A stretch of DNA of 64,000 nucleotides from the human T2T-CHM13v2.0 reference genome, Homo sapiens, in assembly GCF_009914755.1 (NCBI RefSeq), contig NC_060939.1. One strand, 5' to 3'. A program made the translations under genes and the position numbers. The notes beneath the pieces are model-generated. The model did not search any database and was not told the origin of the DNA. It saw nothing but the letters and a program-made list of their open reading frames with translations. Of the stretch, positions 26,704-39,264 are shown piece by piece (the stretch's first letter is position 1; each line of letters begins with the position of its first letter).

Positions 26704-29700
26704 AGGATGCAAACTGGAGCAGGAGCCAGTTCCTGCCCCCAAAGTGCAGCAGCAACATGCCACGTTAGTGCCAGCCTATCCGGGGCTTTGTAAAGCTAAG
26801 AAAAGAGCCTGTATCCATCCTGAAGGCCGTGTGACCACAGGGCTTCTAAAGGATGCTTCTGTGTTCCCAGAGTTAGGTGGAAGCTCTTAGAAGGATCTCT
26901 TTTATCCCAGTGCTCTTGCTAAGAATGGAAAGCCCCTCTGCGTGACTGCAGTAGCTGGTGCGATCCTCTGGTCACTTGTACCAGAGCCGGGGAGGTCGTG
27001 GCTTGCAAAACTCACCTCTCATAATGGGATGCCAATAAATATTATCCGAAGTTGGTATACCCAGAAAGAGAGTTTAAACATTATTTAGAGAGGTGGAAAA
27101 CAGCCACCGGTAGAATTAAAATCAGAAATAATGACAAGGATGGCCAGCGGAGTGGGGAAGTCCAGATTGGGGAATGTGATGTTTCATTATAAGCACTTTC
27201 AGCATTTGCTTACTTTGGTCTGAGTAAAAGAATTGTCTCCTTTTTTTAGGGCCATGTACAGCAAAGGACTGACCATCTGTCAGACATGCTGGTCAGTTTT
27301 CCTGGCAAAGCAGGGTTGGAGGTTTCTGTCCTCAGGTGGGTGGGCAGGGACGGCAGCTTGCCGTAAGGTATCCAACAGCACCAGGGGCAGGAAATGAAAA
27401 GTGCTCAGTGATTGGTGGGATAATGGTATCTAGCACAATGATTCCTGCCAAAATCTTAATGGTGTGCAATAAATGAAAATGCTGCCCCAGTCAGATGGGA
27501 CCAGCATTTTTCAGCAACTTTCAAGGTCTTGTGTCACAGGAATGAAGATCCGAGTATTTCCCACCCATGGAGGGGGTGGTGAAGGAGTTTTCAGTCCTGG
27601 GCACCCTGGGCTGTGCCGAAAGTCTCTGCGTCACACCGCCTGGGTTAGTTGGGAAAGAGAGCTCCCACCGTTCTCTTTTAACCCTTGTCCTTTTGTACCA
27701 CAGCAATTGCTTTCCTGGAGATCAGAACCATGTCTGGGCTTAACATCATCTTTGGAAATCCTAAAAGGCAATGAAGAGATTTTTCTCTTTTCATTTCTTT
27801 TTGATACAGCCGTGTCAGTTTGAAATTTTATTTTCATATCAGTTCTAATAGTGTGTCTGCTTGACATAGTTTCTGTTAAATGGGCTTGATATGAAGTTAT
27901 TTAAAAATTCAAATATTTAGAGTTTCAGGGCCCATCGTCTTGATTTTTGGGGCAGTACCTCAATTTCATACGGTGTTATTCTTTTCCAGAGAGATGGGTC
28001 ACTGAATAATTTACATTTTATGGTTGTTTTGTGAGAAACTATTTCTGGTTATAAATAGTAAACATCTTCTAGGTTTTGCAGTAAGAAATAATGGATTTTG
28101 TTAGAAAAAAGAACCATAAGAAGATGTGATTTTAATTTTGACTATTTTGACTTCCTGTAAGTACCTTCTGGAGCAGAAGGTTTTCTCTTCGTGGATTCTG
28201 CATCTTGGATTTGGGGACTCTGTTGCACTGAGCTGTGCTCTGTGGGGAGGAGCCTGTGGCAGAACAGTTTGGGTTCTGCTGGCCACCTTTCACTCTATTC
28301 AGTGAGGCTGGGTCCCAGAGAAAGATGACAGCGGTTAGGTCTTGTTGGGAAGAAAACTCGGCTACCAACCCTGGACCATTTTGCTTCCCCTGAACAAATA
28401 AGATAGTCATTTGCCTGCTTTTGGGGACGGAGCCTGTGGTTTGCACAGGGTGAACGAGGTGGCAGCTGGCTTGCCTGCTGGCCTGCTTCGTGGAGATAAG
28501 ATGCTCAGACCCACCGCTGCTCTTCAGGGGTTGTGGAGGGAATTAATGCACTTCCTTTTGTCCCCCAATCTCATTTACATGTCTCTGGAGCTGAGCATGT
28601 GTTCTTTTTCTTTGTTCATCTCAATAGAGCTTTTAAATTAAATAGATGTTGCTTAAGCCATTCAGAAATGTTTCACATTTTAAAAAACAAAAGGTAGTTG
28701 CTGCCATGATTCCTTTGCCACCCCTACACCGTGGCCTTGTAGGACAGTCCCCCCTTGGCTGTGCTGAGCCCATCTGGAAGTGTTTCTGATTCTAATCAGA
28801 AGTGGAACAGTTTCAGTGCAGATTATAGGTTTATGTTAGCTTTAGTGATGGAGGGATGGAAATAGATGCTTCCTCGCTATTACCATTCCAAGTAAAATAA
28901 TGAGGCTGCATATTTGCAGTGAGCTGCTGAAGCCAGACGTCACTAGAGTAATTTGGATTAGTGGGAAGTTGGAACATATTGTTTTAAAAGCGATTTCAAG
29001 AGCATCATCTTCGGAAATCCTATATAGCAATGAAGTGATTTTTTTTCACTTTTTCATTTTTATTTATGTTGCTGTATCTGTTTGAATTTTTAGTTTCATA
29101 TCAGTTCCCTCTAATAGCATACGTGCTTGAGATATTTTGACTTCTATTAAATGGGCTTAATATGAAATTATATTAAATAATTTTTATTGCTATTTGGAAG
29201 GCCAGGAAGTGTTTCCAGTTTTCATATTTTGGGTCATGGAGATGCTACTTCCCATCCATTTTGTGACATGTAAGAGTCAGGCCATTTCAAGGAAGGGCCA
29301 GAGGAGAGACTTTGTGTTTCTGGGAATATACTATGGATTAGGACATGTGGGTTATTCAAAGATCTATCCTTTTGTGCTTTGAAATCTGAAATGTAGAAAC
29401 TGTGGCCTCACTGAGGAGGAGTTTTAGAATATGCAAGGGAGATGATCAGGACTGGATCTTGTATTTGGGTACCACATCCAGTCCCAGACAGCATTGCTAA
29501 GGCAAGGAGCTCATAAAAGCCCCAAGCTCTAGCTGTTGGCTACTTATCTCCTGGAGCATCAGGGTGAGCGCGGTTCAGGCTGGGGAGTCCTGATGGCTGC
29601 CTGGTTGTTACAGGATGTTACAGCTTAGGCCTGGGGACATAGCCCAGCACCCTCCAGAGGTTGTGTCTGTTCTTTACTCTTCAGGTTCCCTGGAGGCAGG

Positions 29701-31954
29701 AGAGGAGCTGGCCTCATTTCTGGCAGGCACCCCACTACTGTTATTGAGCAATCCTCCAGGCTGCAGAGATGTCAGAGGAGGACCCTAATGTCTCCTGATT
29801 TTGATTATTTTGTTCTTTTTCCCTAGGTGTTTTACTTGCAGATACCTTGAGTACCTTGTTTGTATATTCACTTTGAAAGCACACATTTAAATGTTTATAA
29901 GGAAAAGGTTCTAAAGACATCCATTGATCCATTCATTCATCATTCAGCAAATACCTGTTGAATACCTGCTGTGTGCTAGGCACTGCGGTGGGCGAGCCAG
30001 AGGGCTTTGTTGCTCCAAGGAGCTTGCATTCTAGTATTCTAGTTATTTTCACGCATCTGCACTATCTGGGACAGGGACCATTGCGTTTTGTCGTATATAA
30101 AGCAGCATGTGTCTGCACTACAGTTTGTGTCCGTCGCAGATGGGCAAGGATTGAGTGCAAAAACTTCTGGGCCAAAAGGGGTTGGCTTGGGTCAGGCTGC
30201 TCAGTAGCTGAGGTGAAAGCATGTGCCACCCCTCCTGATACAGGGATCCTTGCTGATTGTGTGTGACACCAGGGCCTTCCCATCTGTCAGCTGGGTTTGT
30301 CCTCACAGTAGCTCGAGGAGCAGGCGGGGCAGCATCTGGAGGCCTGGTGCCCTTTCACACCTTGCTGCGACCACCAGGCTGCTCAGCAGTGGCCCGTGCC
30401 CACCACTGCACCTGCCGCCTTGTTCCAGCTCCGGGACCTGTCAGGCCACAGTACTACCTCCTGTCCCTTCCCCCAGGATCCTAGGGTCTCTGACTTCAAT
30501 CCTCTGGGCCCAGGTTTGCAAGCCACTCCCTGGGAAGCTGTCCTGGGATCTGTGCCTGTCTACTTCCTGTAGTCCACCACCAGGAGGTAGAAAGGGACAG
30601 TCTGCTGACCTCCAGTCTTTCCACAGCAGTGTCTGAATGGATTCAGGAAATCCTTGGCGGTGCCCCAGGATGTGCTGGTGCTGGCTTAGGGGTTGGTGCC
30701 ATAGCAGCACATGAGACAAGGGGAGCCCCCACTTGTGGGTCTCACCGTCTTTAGAACGTTAGCACTTATTTAAATTAAAAAAAATTCTACTAGTTGTAGC
30801 TTACAGTCACCGAGTTTCTTTCATTGTATTCGGTGACTTTGAAGCCAGTTTGGTAGATTCTATTTCATGAATAGTCCTTGCTCTGGTCTGACATCTGGGT
30901 CAGTGAGTAGCTTCGGCCCCTCCCTAGAGCCTCCTGTCCTGGGCTGCAGTGACAGGCTGCGGGCCAGTGGGGTACACTCACGCACACCCCTCTAGGAACA
31001 CTGGGGCCCTGGATAATTATGCCAACTGCAGGCTATTTCTCCCTCCAAGTGGAAGTCCTTGAGGTGAAACATTGGGTTTTTAAAAAATATTTTAGTCTTC
31101 TATTGTGTCTAGTCTGAAAATGACTTATTTGCTTTTTAATTCTGCGAACATGTTTCCTAATGGAAGGGTCAGAAATGTTCTCCTTGCACTTTCCATTGGT
31201 GCTGCAGTTGAGAGAGGAGAGGGGAGTGGTCAGGCTCCCCCTGCTCATCCCAGGGGCCCTCACAGGGGCTGCTTTGCGGTGTAGACCTTGGGGAAGCAGC
31301 TCACCTCCGAGCCTGGTGTATGAGAGCATAATGGTATTAGGTGACTTTTGAAGGGAAAGCAGGTTTTGGAAGAAGATCTGTATATACAAAAATACTGTCT
31401 ATTTGACCTTCATCTATGAAGGATTCAGAATTGCAGAAGTTTGAAGGATGGCTGGGGGTTTGGGGCCATCTTGCACATGGCTTCCTTTTGGAGTGCCTTT
31501 GTTCTTCTGTGACGCCCATGGGGCCTGAGAGTGCGGCTGGATATTCCACCCAGATTGCAGCTCAGGTGGCTGTGCTACAAGCTGCTCCTCCTCCCGTGCA
31601 GTGCATGTCCCGGGTCCTGCTGCCCCGCTCAGCTGCACAGCCCATAAGGGACTGGTCCTGCCCGCGCACCCCGGACCTCCCCTGCCCAGGAAAAGTTACA
31701 GAAAATATCTTCCCCAGGATTCCTGGGCTGCACGACCCTGATCAGCCCCTTTGTGAGAGCTGCTTTGGGTGGAGATGGGGACACAGCTCGTTCTTTCCTC
31801 CTGGACTCTTCGTGCATTCAGGGTTCTGAGCTGATGGGGGCCTGGCCACTCGCCAACTGAGCCTGGCCTTGGCTGAGGTCGTCATCGCTGTGTGTCCCGG
31901 GCTGCCGGCCTGCCTGTTATCTGCAGTGCACAGGTGTGCATGTGTGTGCATAAT

Positions 31955-33520
31955 ACACACCACACACATACCATGCCCACCTCACACACACCACACGCAT
32001 ACCCCATACACGCCACACACATATCATACCCACCTCACACACACCACACACACCACACACATACCATGCCTACCTCACACACACCACACACATACCCCAT
32101 ATACACCACACACCACAAACATACCATACCCACCTCACACACACCACACACTTAACCCATATAGACCACACACACATCACACACACACTATACCCACCTC
32201 ACACACACCACACACATCATACCCACCTCACACACACCACATACCCTATACACACCACACACCATACACATACCGCATACACACCACACACCACACACAT
32301 ACCCCATATATACCACACACCACACACATACCCCATACACACCACACACCACACATACCCCATGTATACCACACACCACACACATACCCCATACACACCA
32401 CACACCACACATACCCCATATATACCACACACCACACACACACCCCATATATACCACACACCACAAACATAGCCCATACACACCACACACCACACATACC
32501 CCATATATACCACACACCACACACATACCCCATACACACCACACACCACACATACCCCATATATACCACACACCACACACATACCCCATACATACCACAC
32601 ACCACACACATACCCCATACACACCACACACCACACACATACCCCATATATACCACACACATACCCCATACACACCACACACCACATACATACCCCATAT
32701 ATACCACACACCACACACATAGCGCATACACACCACATACCACACATACCCCATATATACCACACACCACACACATAGCCCATACACACCACACACCACA
32801 CACATACCCCATATACACCACACACCACACACCATACACATATCCCATACACACCAAACACATGCCACACATACCACACACACCTCACACACACCATGCC
32901 CACCTCACACACCACACATTCACCCTATACACACCACACACATACCATACACACCGTATACATACCACACACACCACATAATACCATACATACACACCCC
33001 ATACACACCACACCCCTCCATACATACCACACACCACACACACCCCATAGACACCATACACACATCACACCATACTCTATATACATATCACAGCACCCAT
33101 ACCACACACCGCATTCCACACAGACATCTTATACACACCACACACACTATACACATACCACACAATAGCATATATACACACACCATGCACATCCCATACA
33201 CACCACACACCCCATACATACCATATACCACACACACTACACCATGCACACAAAACACACACACTCAACTCTTCCACACTACATTACACTCCACACACAC
33301 ACCACACACACAACACATTCACATCACACACACCACATACCACACACCATACATAGCACACACCACACACCACACCCTCCAGGACACCCCCCACCATACA
33401 CACATGCACCACACACCCACACCATACTACACAGTTACCACATACACACCACACACTCACTACCCACCACATCACATACTCTGTATCTGACGCACACAGC
33501 ACACACCCCCGCCACACACA
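31955..33520. repeat. ~1.6 kb CA-rich (CACAC-type) tandem array / VNTR
   Basis: Almost G-free top strand; core built from 27-29-nt units such as taccccatatataccacacaccacacaca and taccccatacacaccacacaccacaca. Confidence 0.97.
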
Positions 33521-35004
33521 TTTGCACGTAAACTACTCATCGAATGAAACTGAATGATTGTTTTCCCCAAATTAATACTGCCCCCGCCTGCGCACCCCCG
33601 GCTGTCCTGGCCGGCACATTCCCTGGTCCTGCCCTCCTTTGGGTCAGCACCGCCTCCTGTGTTTTGGGTGTCTCTGGCTGTGCCCTGGGGCGTGCTTACG
33701 TCCTGGTCTTGTGGGAGGCTGGCTCCTCTGCTCCCGTGGGTGCCTTCCTGGGGGAGACCAGCCTGTTCGCCACCTCTCCTGATGCCCAGAGTGGCGGCCC
33801 GTTTGGGAAGTCCTGCTTCCTCCCCTTGCAGTCTACCCTTCCCCACAGGTCGTTTTGTCTCAGTGCCGACATCTCCCCAGCTAGAAGAGGAGACCTTCAA
33901 AGGCACACAGGTGGGTTTGATTATATTGCTGCTGAATATTAGATGCATTTTGGTGAAACACTCAACCAGTACACATATCTTTAATAAAGTAAAATGTCCA
34001 GGCCCCCTCTGCTCCCACCTGTCTCCCTCTCCCACCTCTCTCCCCGCTCCCCTCCCCAGAGGACATGGCTGACAAGCCTTTGAGGGGTTTCCCCTTTCTG
34101 TGTGCCTTTGCACGTGTGTATGGGCTGGGCAGTGTGTGTATTCTCTAGCCATCTTGACGGACCTGTAACTGGGATCTACACACGTGTGCTCGCTGTAGCT
34201 CACTTACCATTTTCCCTCAAAAACAGGCCTGTAAGATCCCTCACTGTAGTGCGCGTTGCCCTGCCTCTTTAAAAACGCCGTTGACTCTTCCAGCACGTGA
34301 ACTCTGTCGTCATTTATTTAACCATTCTCTTATTTATGGGTACTTAGGTTTCCAGTTTTTTAAAAGATTGCGGCAATGAAAATCTTCAGACATCATTTTT
34401 TATACATGTGAGTCCTCCTGGAAATGGAATTTTTGGGCACAAGGATATGCCTATTTAAATTTTCGATAGAGAATGCTGAATTGCCTTTCTGAAAGGCTTC
34501 ATTCTAAAGAAATACACTTCTCAAAAAAAGGGAAAGCTAGCAAAAAAGCAATTCTCTGCCAACAGCTGAATAGAGAGAGGGGGACTCTCTGAGGCCATGA
34601 GGTGGGAAATGTGGCAGCCTGGGAGAAGCCAGGGACCCGGGCAAAGGGTGGCATGGTTACTAACGTTTCCTTTCCTGTTTCCATCCTCCCTGCCCTCCCT
34701 CCAAACCCCCAGGAAAGCAGTACTGGGGAAAGACGGTAAATAACTAAAATCCTGAGAATTCTCATGAACACTCCTCAATTTGGAGAGAGAGGGACTGTGA
34801 TGAGGGGGGTTGAGATGGTACCCAGAGCCTGATGGCCCTCACCAGCTTCAGGAGAAACCTGCTCCCCTCCAGGGCTCCTTCCTAGGGTCCGGCTTGCACT
34901 GCATTCTGGGAGAATCCTGTAGCCCCATCTTCCCTTTACCCATTGGCCGTTTAATGGTATCCCATTCTCACATTTAGCCTTTTGAATGAATCAACCACCA
35001 TATT

Positions 35005-35270
35005 AAAAAATTAATAGATTTAATTTTTTTTTCAGCAGTTTTAGGTTTATGGAGAAATTGAGCAGAAAGTTTAGGGAGTTCTCCTGTACACCCTCACCCC
35101 ATTTCCCCTGTTTCCTCATTATTAACATCTTACATTGGTGTGGTACATTCGTTACCATTGATGGGGCAGTATTATTATTAACTGGAGCCCATAGTTAAAA
35201 CATATTGGGGTTCACTCTTCATGTTGTATATTTTATGAGTTTTGACAAATGGGGAATGACTCAGCTACCA
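35005..35270 (-). mobile_element. L1MC-type 3' end fragment
   Basis: gcagttttaggttta...aaattgagcagaaagt, ggtgtggtacatt, ggttcactctt...gagttttgacaaatg. Confidence 0.75.
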
Positions 35271-36363
35271 TGTCTTTGTTTTAGTAGATCGTTAGTTGCT
35301 TTTTGTCTTATTAGCTGACTCTTGTTTTGAGGAGAACTTTTTGTCACATCCTTTTGCACCCCGGCTTACTGTGGCGTGGGGCAGGGGTACTGGGGGCCAG
35401 CTGGTCTCTGGGGAGCAGCACTCACTGCATCCTGCCCCCGCCCCATTCTGCTCCTTTCTGGTCTCAGCAGCCTCCCTTGCTCCTTTCACCTGCCTACCCC
35501 AGCTCAGCTGCCTGCTGCTTAGATGCCACTGTGGGGCAAGGAAGCTGCCCCCAGTCGGTCCCCGAGGATTCTGCCCAGATAGGGATAAGAATCACCGCGA
35601 GTGTTTGCTGAGCACTTGGGAGGCATAGGCTCGGCGGGAAGGGAAGGCCTGCAGGCTGAGGTGGTCTGCTTTGAGTTTTGCAGCGTTGCCTGCGGTCTCC
35701 GTGGGTGAGGGAAAAGGCACAGGGAGGTGCAGAAGCGTTCCTGGCGCCACGGAGCCGGTCAGTGACAGAGCCGGGTCTCAACCCAGGCCACTGCCCTCGG
35801 CAGCCAAGCCCCTTCTTTATTTTGGAATGGCCACCTGGCCAACTGGCACACAGGGAGAACTCATGAAAGGAGGCGTGGCTCACTCCTGAAGGGAGAGGGA
35901 CACAGGAGCAGCCTTGATGCGCAACGCCCCCTCCAGGCCCCGAGTCCCTGTCCTTGGAGGAAGCAGGACTCCCAGGTGGGAGAGGTGAAGCAGATGGCTT
36001 CCCCCACTGCAAGGAGGAATCCCGGTGCTCTTCTCCACCAGCCTTCCCTTTGGTCGCCCCCTGGCGTCCGCGTCATTGTGGGAACACTCGGGCGGGATGT
36101 ATTTTAAAGGAGTGCCTGATGCGTGTGGGTGTGGTGGGGTTGGGGGTGGGGGTGGGGCTGGGGGTGGTTGCAGCGGGGCCTATGCAGGATCCCGGTTGGA
36201 GGGGGCTGCAGAGGCTACTGCTGGGCCTGGTGTCGCCATGGCAGCTGGAGAGCGGGCGACCGGTCGCTTGGCGTCCTGCTTGGGGTTGTTGCCCACATCA
36301 CCGAGCGAACGTTCCTGTCCCGCCCACTCACTGCGAGGCTGGGCAGGGCCGCTTGCCAGTTAA

Positions 36364-36674
<311 letters not shown>

Positions 36675-36799
36675 GGTTGTGGGGATTATCTGAGAGTTGC
36701 TGGAGTGTTCTGCACTTCCTTGCGAACCTTTTACCTGGGTGGGCAGGGGGAGAGGCCGAGTCAAGGGAAGGAGGCAGGATGCCACACACGCCCTGCAGG

Positions 36800-37002
36800 G
36801 AGAGTCATCTGCTGGGCACTGCGACACACAGAAAGCCAGGAGCCTGAGCCCCGCCCGCGGTTGTTGAACGGAGGGAGAATGAACAACCGCTGACTTCCTG
36901 GTTCCTGGGTGCCGCATCACTGCCCCTCTGCTCCGGGTCAAACCGGCTGTATGCTTAGCTTCAGGAACATGTGGCAGGTGGCAGCCCCCGGCCCCGTGGC
37001 AG
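36800..37002 (+). promoter_or_regulatory. Candidate intronic alternative promoter / first exon
   Basis: CpG-enriched patch, GC box ccccgccc near 36850, ETS core acttcct near 36893, donor CAG|GTAACG at 37002/37003. Confidence 0.35.
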
Positions 37003-38334
37003 GTAACGGTGGTTTTGCAGTGTGGCGTGCTGTGGGGGCCGGCAGGGGCACAGCTGGGCAGGCCAGGCTTTCTCTGGCTCAGTATGCAGGGCTGGTTCTT
37101 CCCAGAGGAGGCAGAGGTCAGGGAGGAGCTCTTTCCCTGTGTCTCCTGAACAGCTTCATCAGCACACCCTGCAGCGGGGACTCAGTGAGCATCCTGCAGC
37201 TGTCTTGTCCCAGAAGGGCTGTGTACTTTTGGCCCTGAGGGCAACCTCTGCATTTCCTTTCTGGGGGCTCCCAGATGAGCCCCGCTCCCCCAGGTCATCC
37301 TGATCCATATTGATGTGATAACCCCCTCCTCAGTCCGAAACATCTGGAGGCCCCGTTTGTCCGTGGGATAAGAATGGGCTTGAGCATGGCTGTGGGTGCT
37401 CCGTGTGGCGACAGTGGCATGTTCTGTGGCAGCTTGCTTCCTCTGTAGCCCGATGTCTTTGACTCCCAGCCCGATGCTCCCTCCTCACCCAGCAGAGGCC
37501 CCTCCTCGGCCTTTGCATTTGCTTTCATTTATCTTCCTTCTTTAAGGCTGCTTTTGAGGGTTTACTGGCCAGCAGCATCATGTGCAGTCTATAAACTGTG
37601 TGCCCTCTCGGGGCCAGGTAGGAGCCTGAGAGGGAATGGGAGAAGTGGTCACGAATGATTGTGAGGACTGCAGAAAGAAGACAGGGCTGAGAAGAGTGTG
37701 ATTTCCCCTAGAATTCAGAGATGCCTGCACCAGCTGGGTTTTGAAGAATGAATAGGAGTTTGCCAGGAAGATTCTAGAGGAACAACAGCAACAAAAAGAT
37801 TTAAACATGGGCACAGAAGAGGTGAGGCACAGATGGCACAGGGATTTGGGGTGTGATGGGGCAAGGAAGCCATGGGCAGGGTCTAGGCCCAGGACCTCAG
37901 GTGCTTTGCATGCCATGACTTGGAGGCAATGGCCTTGTCATGCAGAACTGTGCCTCCCTGGGCCCCATTAGAGTCCCTGGCTCTTGGTGTGCCTTTCATG
38001 CCCACACCACGGTAGGAGCAGGCAGGTGGGGTTTGGCCTGGGTTTCCCCAAAATGGACACTACTCCTTCTTGTGCTTCAGTATCAGAGTGGGCCCGTGGA
38101 GTGGGAATAAATGTTTGGGTTTAGGAGGCCTCCAGCTGGGTGGCCTGCTCCCAGGCAGGAAACACAGATTAGAGGAAGTATCAAGTTGGAAGGCAGCAGC
38201 CGTGGATGTTAAAGCTGGAGGAACCTCTTAAGGAATGGCTGTCAGCTCCCTCGTTTGGTGTGGTAGGAAGATGAGGGTGAGAGGGGTTGGGAGCAGGTGC
38301 TGGAGCTGGAGCCTGAACCCCCATATCTCAGTGC

Positions 38335-38425
38335 TGCCATCATCCTTCATAATAAGGAAACTGAGGCACAGGCAGGTTACATAGTCTTCTCAGGATGTCA
38401 GTGGCAGAGCTAGGACGTCTATCTC
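38335..38425. mobile_element. MIR fragment
   Basis: MIR core aaggaaactgaggcacag...gtggcagagctagga. Confidence 0.7.
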
Positions 38426-39154
38426 TGCAGCTCAGTTCTGTGCGAAGTCCAGGCAGATGGTGCTGATCAGTAAGGGGTGCTGGCTGAGCGCTGATGGCCA
38501 CCTGCATCTCAAGGAGAAACAGTGTCACTGGCTAATCTGATGGCTTCTCTGGGCACCAGCACGTGGGCACCATCACCCTTTCTCTGCAGGGGGTTTGTTT
38601 AGTGTATTTGGTAGAACATCCCCCAGCCTACTAGGTGTGGCATGCTCTATGCCACAAGCTCTGTATCTCAGGCAGCATTTTGTACTTTGAAAAAACAAGT
38701 TGGGAACAGAACCCTGATGAATGTGTTTCATTTCCTGTCAGAGCAAATGAAACCTGAAATATTAATGGCACGAGATTTCCCTTATCTTCCTACAAAATCT
38801 TCCTACATTGAAAAATGTACTCCCCACAAGCTTAGCATGCAGCTCTGCTACCTGTGGCCCGAAATCATTAGTTGTCCATACTCACTGACCTTTGGAAATA
38901 AACACGAAGGTTCACTTGAAGACTTGGGGGAGAATCACGGTCAACTTGTGACGCTTGGTTTTTCAGATATTCAGCTGCTCTGGAGAGCCTTGGAGTTCCA
39001 GCTGCTCTAGAGGTTCTGGGGAGGGAGCTGTTAGCCTCCCATATGAGCGTGTGGCCCATCGTTGCCATCCACACCTGCCCCTCTGTGGGTGAATAAGTGG
39101 TTTCCTTTCTCAGCTGGTTGACGCTTCATTTGTTTGTGTTCTTTTTCTTTACAG

Positions 39155-39264
39155 TCTCCTGAATATTTACGCGTTGCTGAATCTCCTGTGGACAAACCAC
39201 CAATAGGCCAGGACTGTCCTGTGGACAGACGGGGTGAGCCTCTTCTTGTGTCTGGAGATTCTGA
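39155..39264 (+). other. APBA2: 110-nt non-coding exon 2 (5' UTR)
   Basis: Strong acceptor (tttgtgttctttttctttacag|, AG ends 39154) and donor TGA|GTGAGT (39264/39265); no ATG inside; size and spacing match recalled APBA2 exon 2. Confidence 0.7.

Noticed and set aside
31955-33520. Array as a CRISPR-like repeat-spacer system
   Set aside because: No unique spacers, low-complexity units, eukaryotic intron and no cas genes.
31869-33531. 370-aa His/Thr/Pro ORF and antisense Cys/Val/Trp ORFs
   Set aside because: Translations of the CA-rich tandem array, open in most frames simultaneously.
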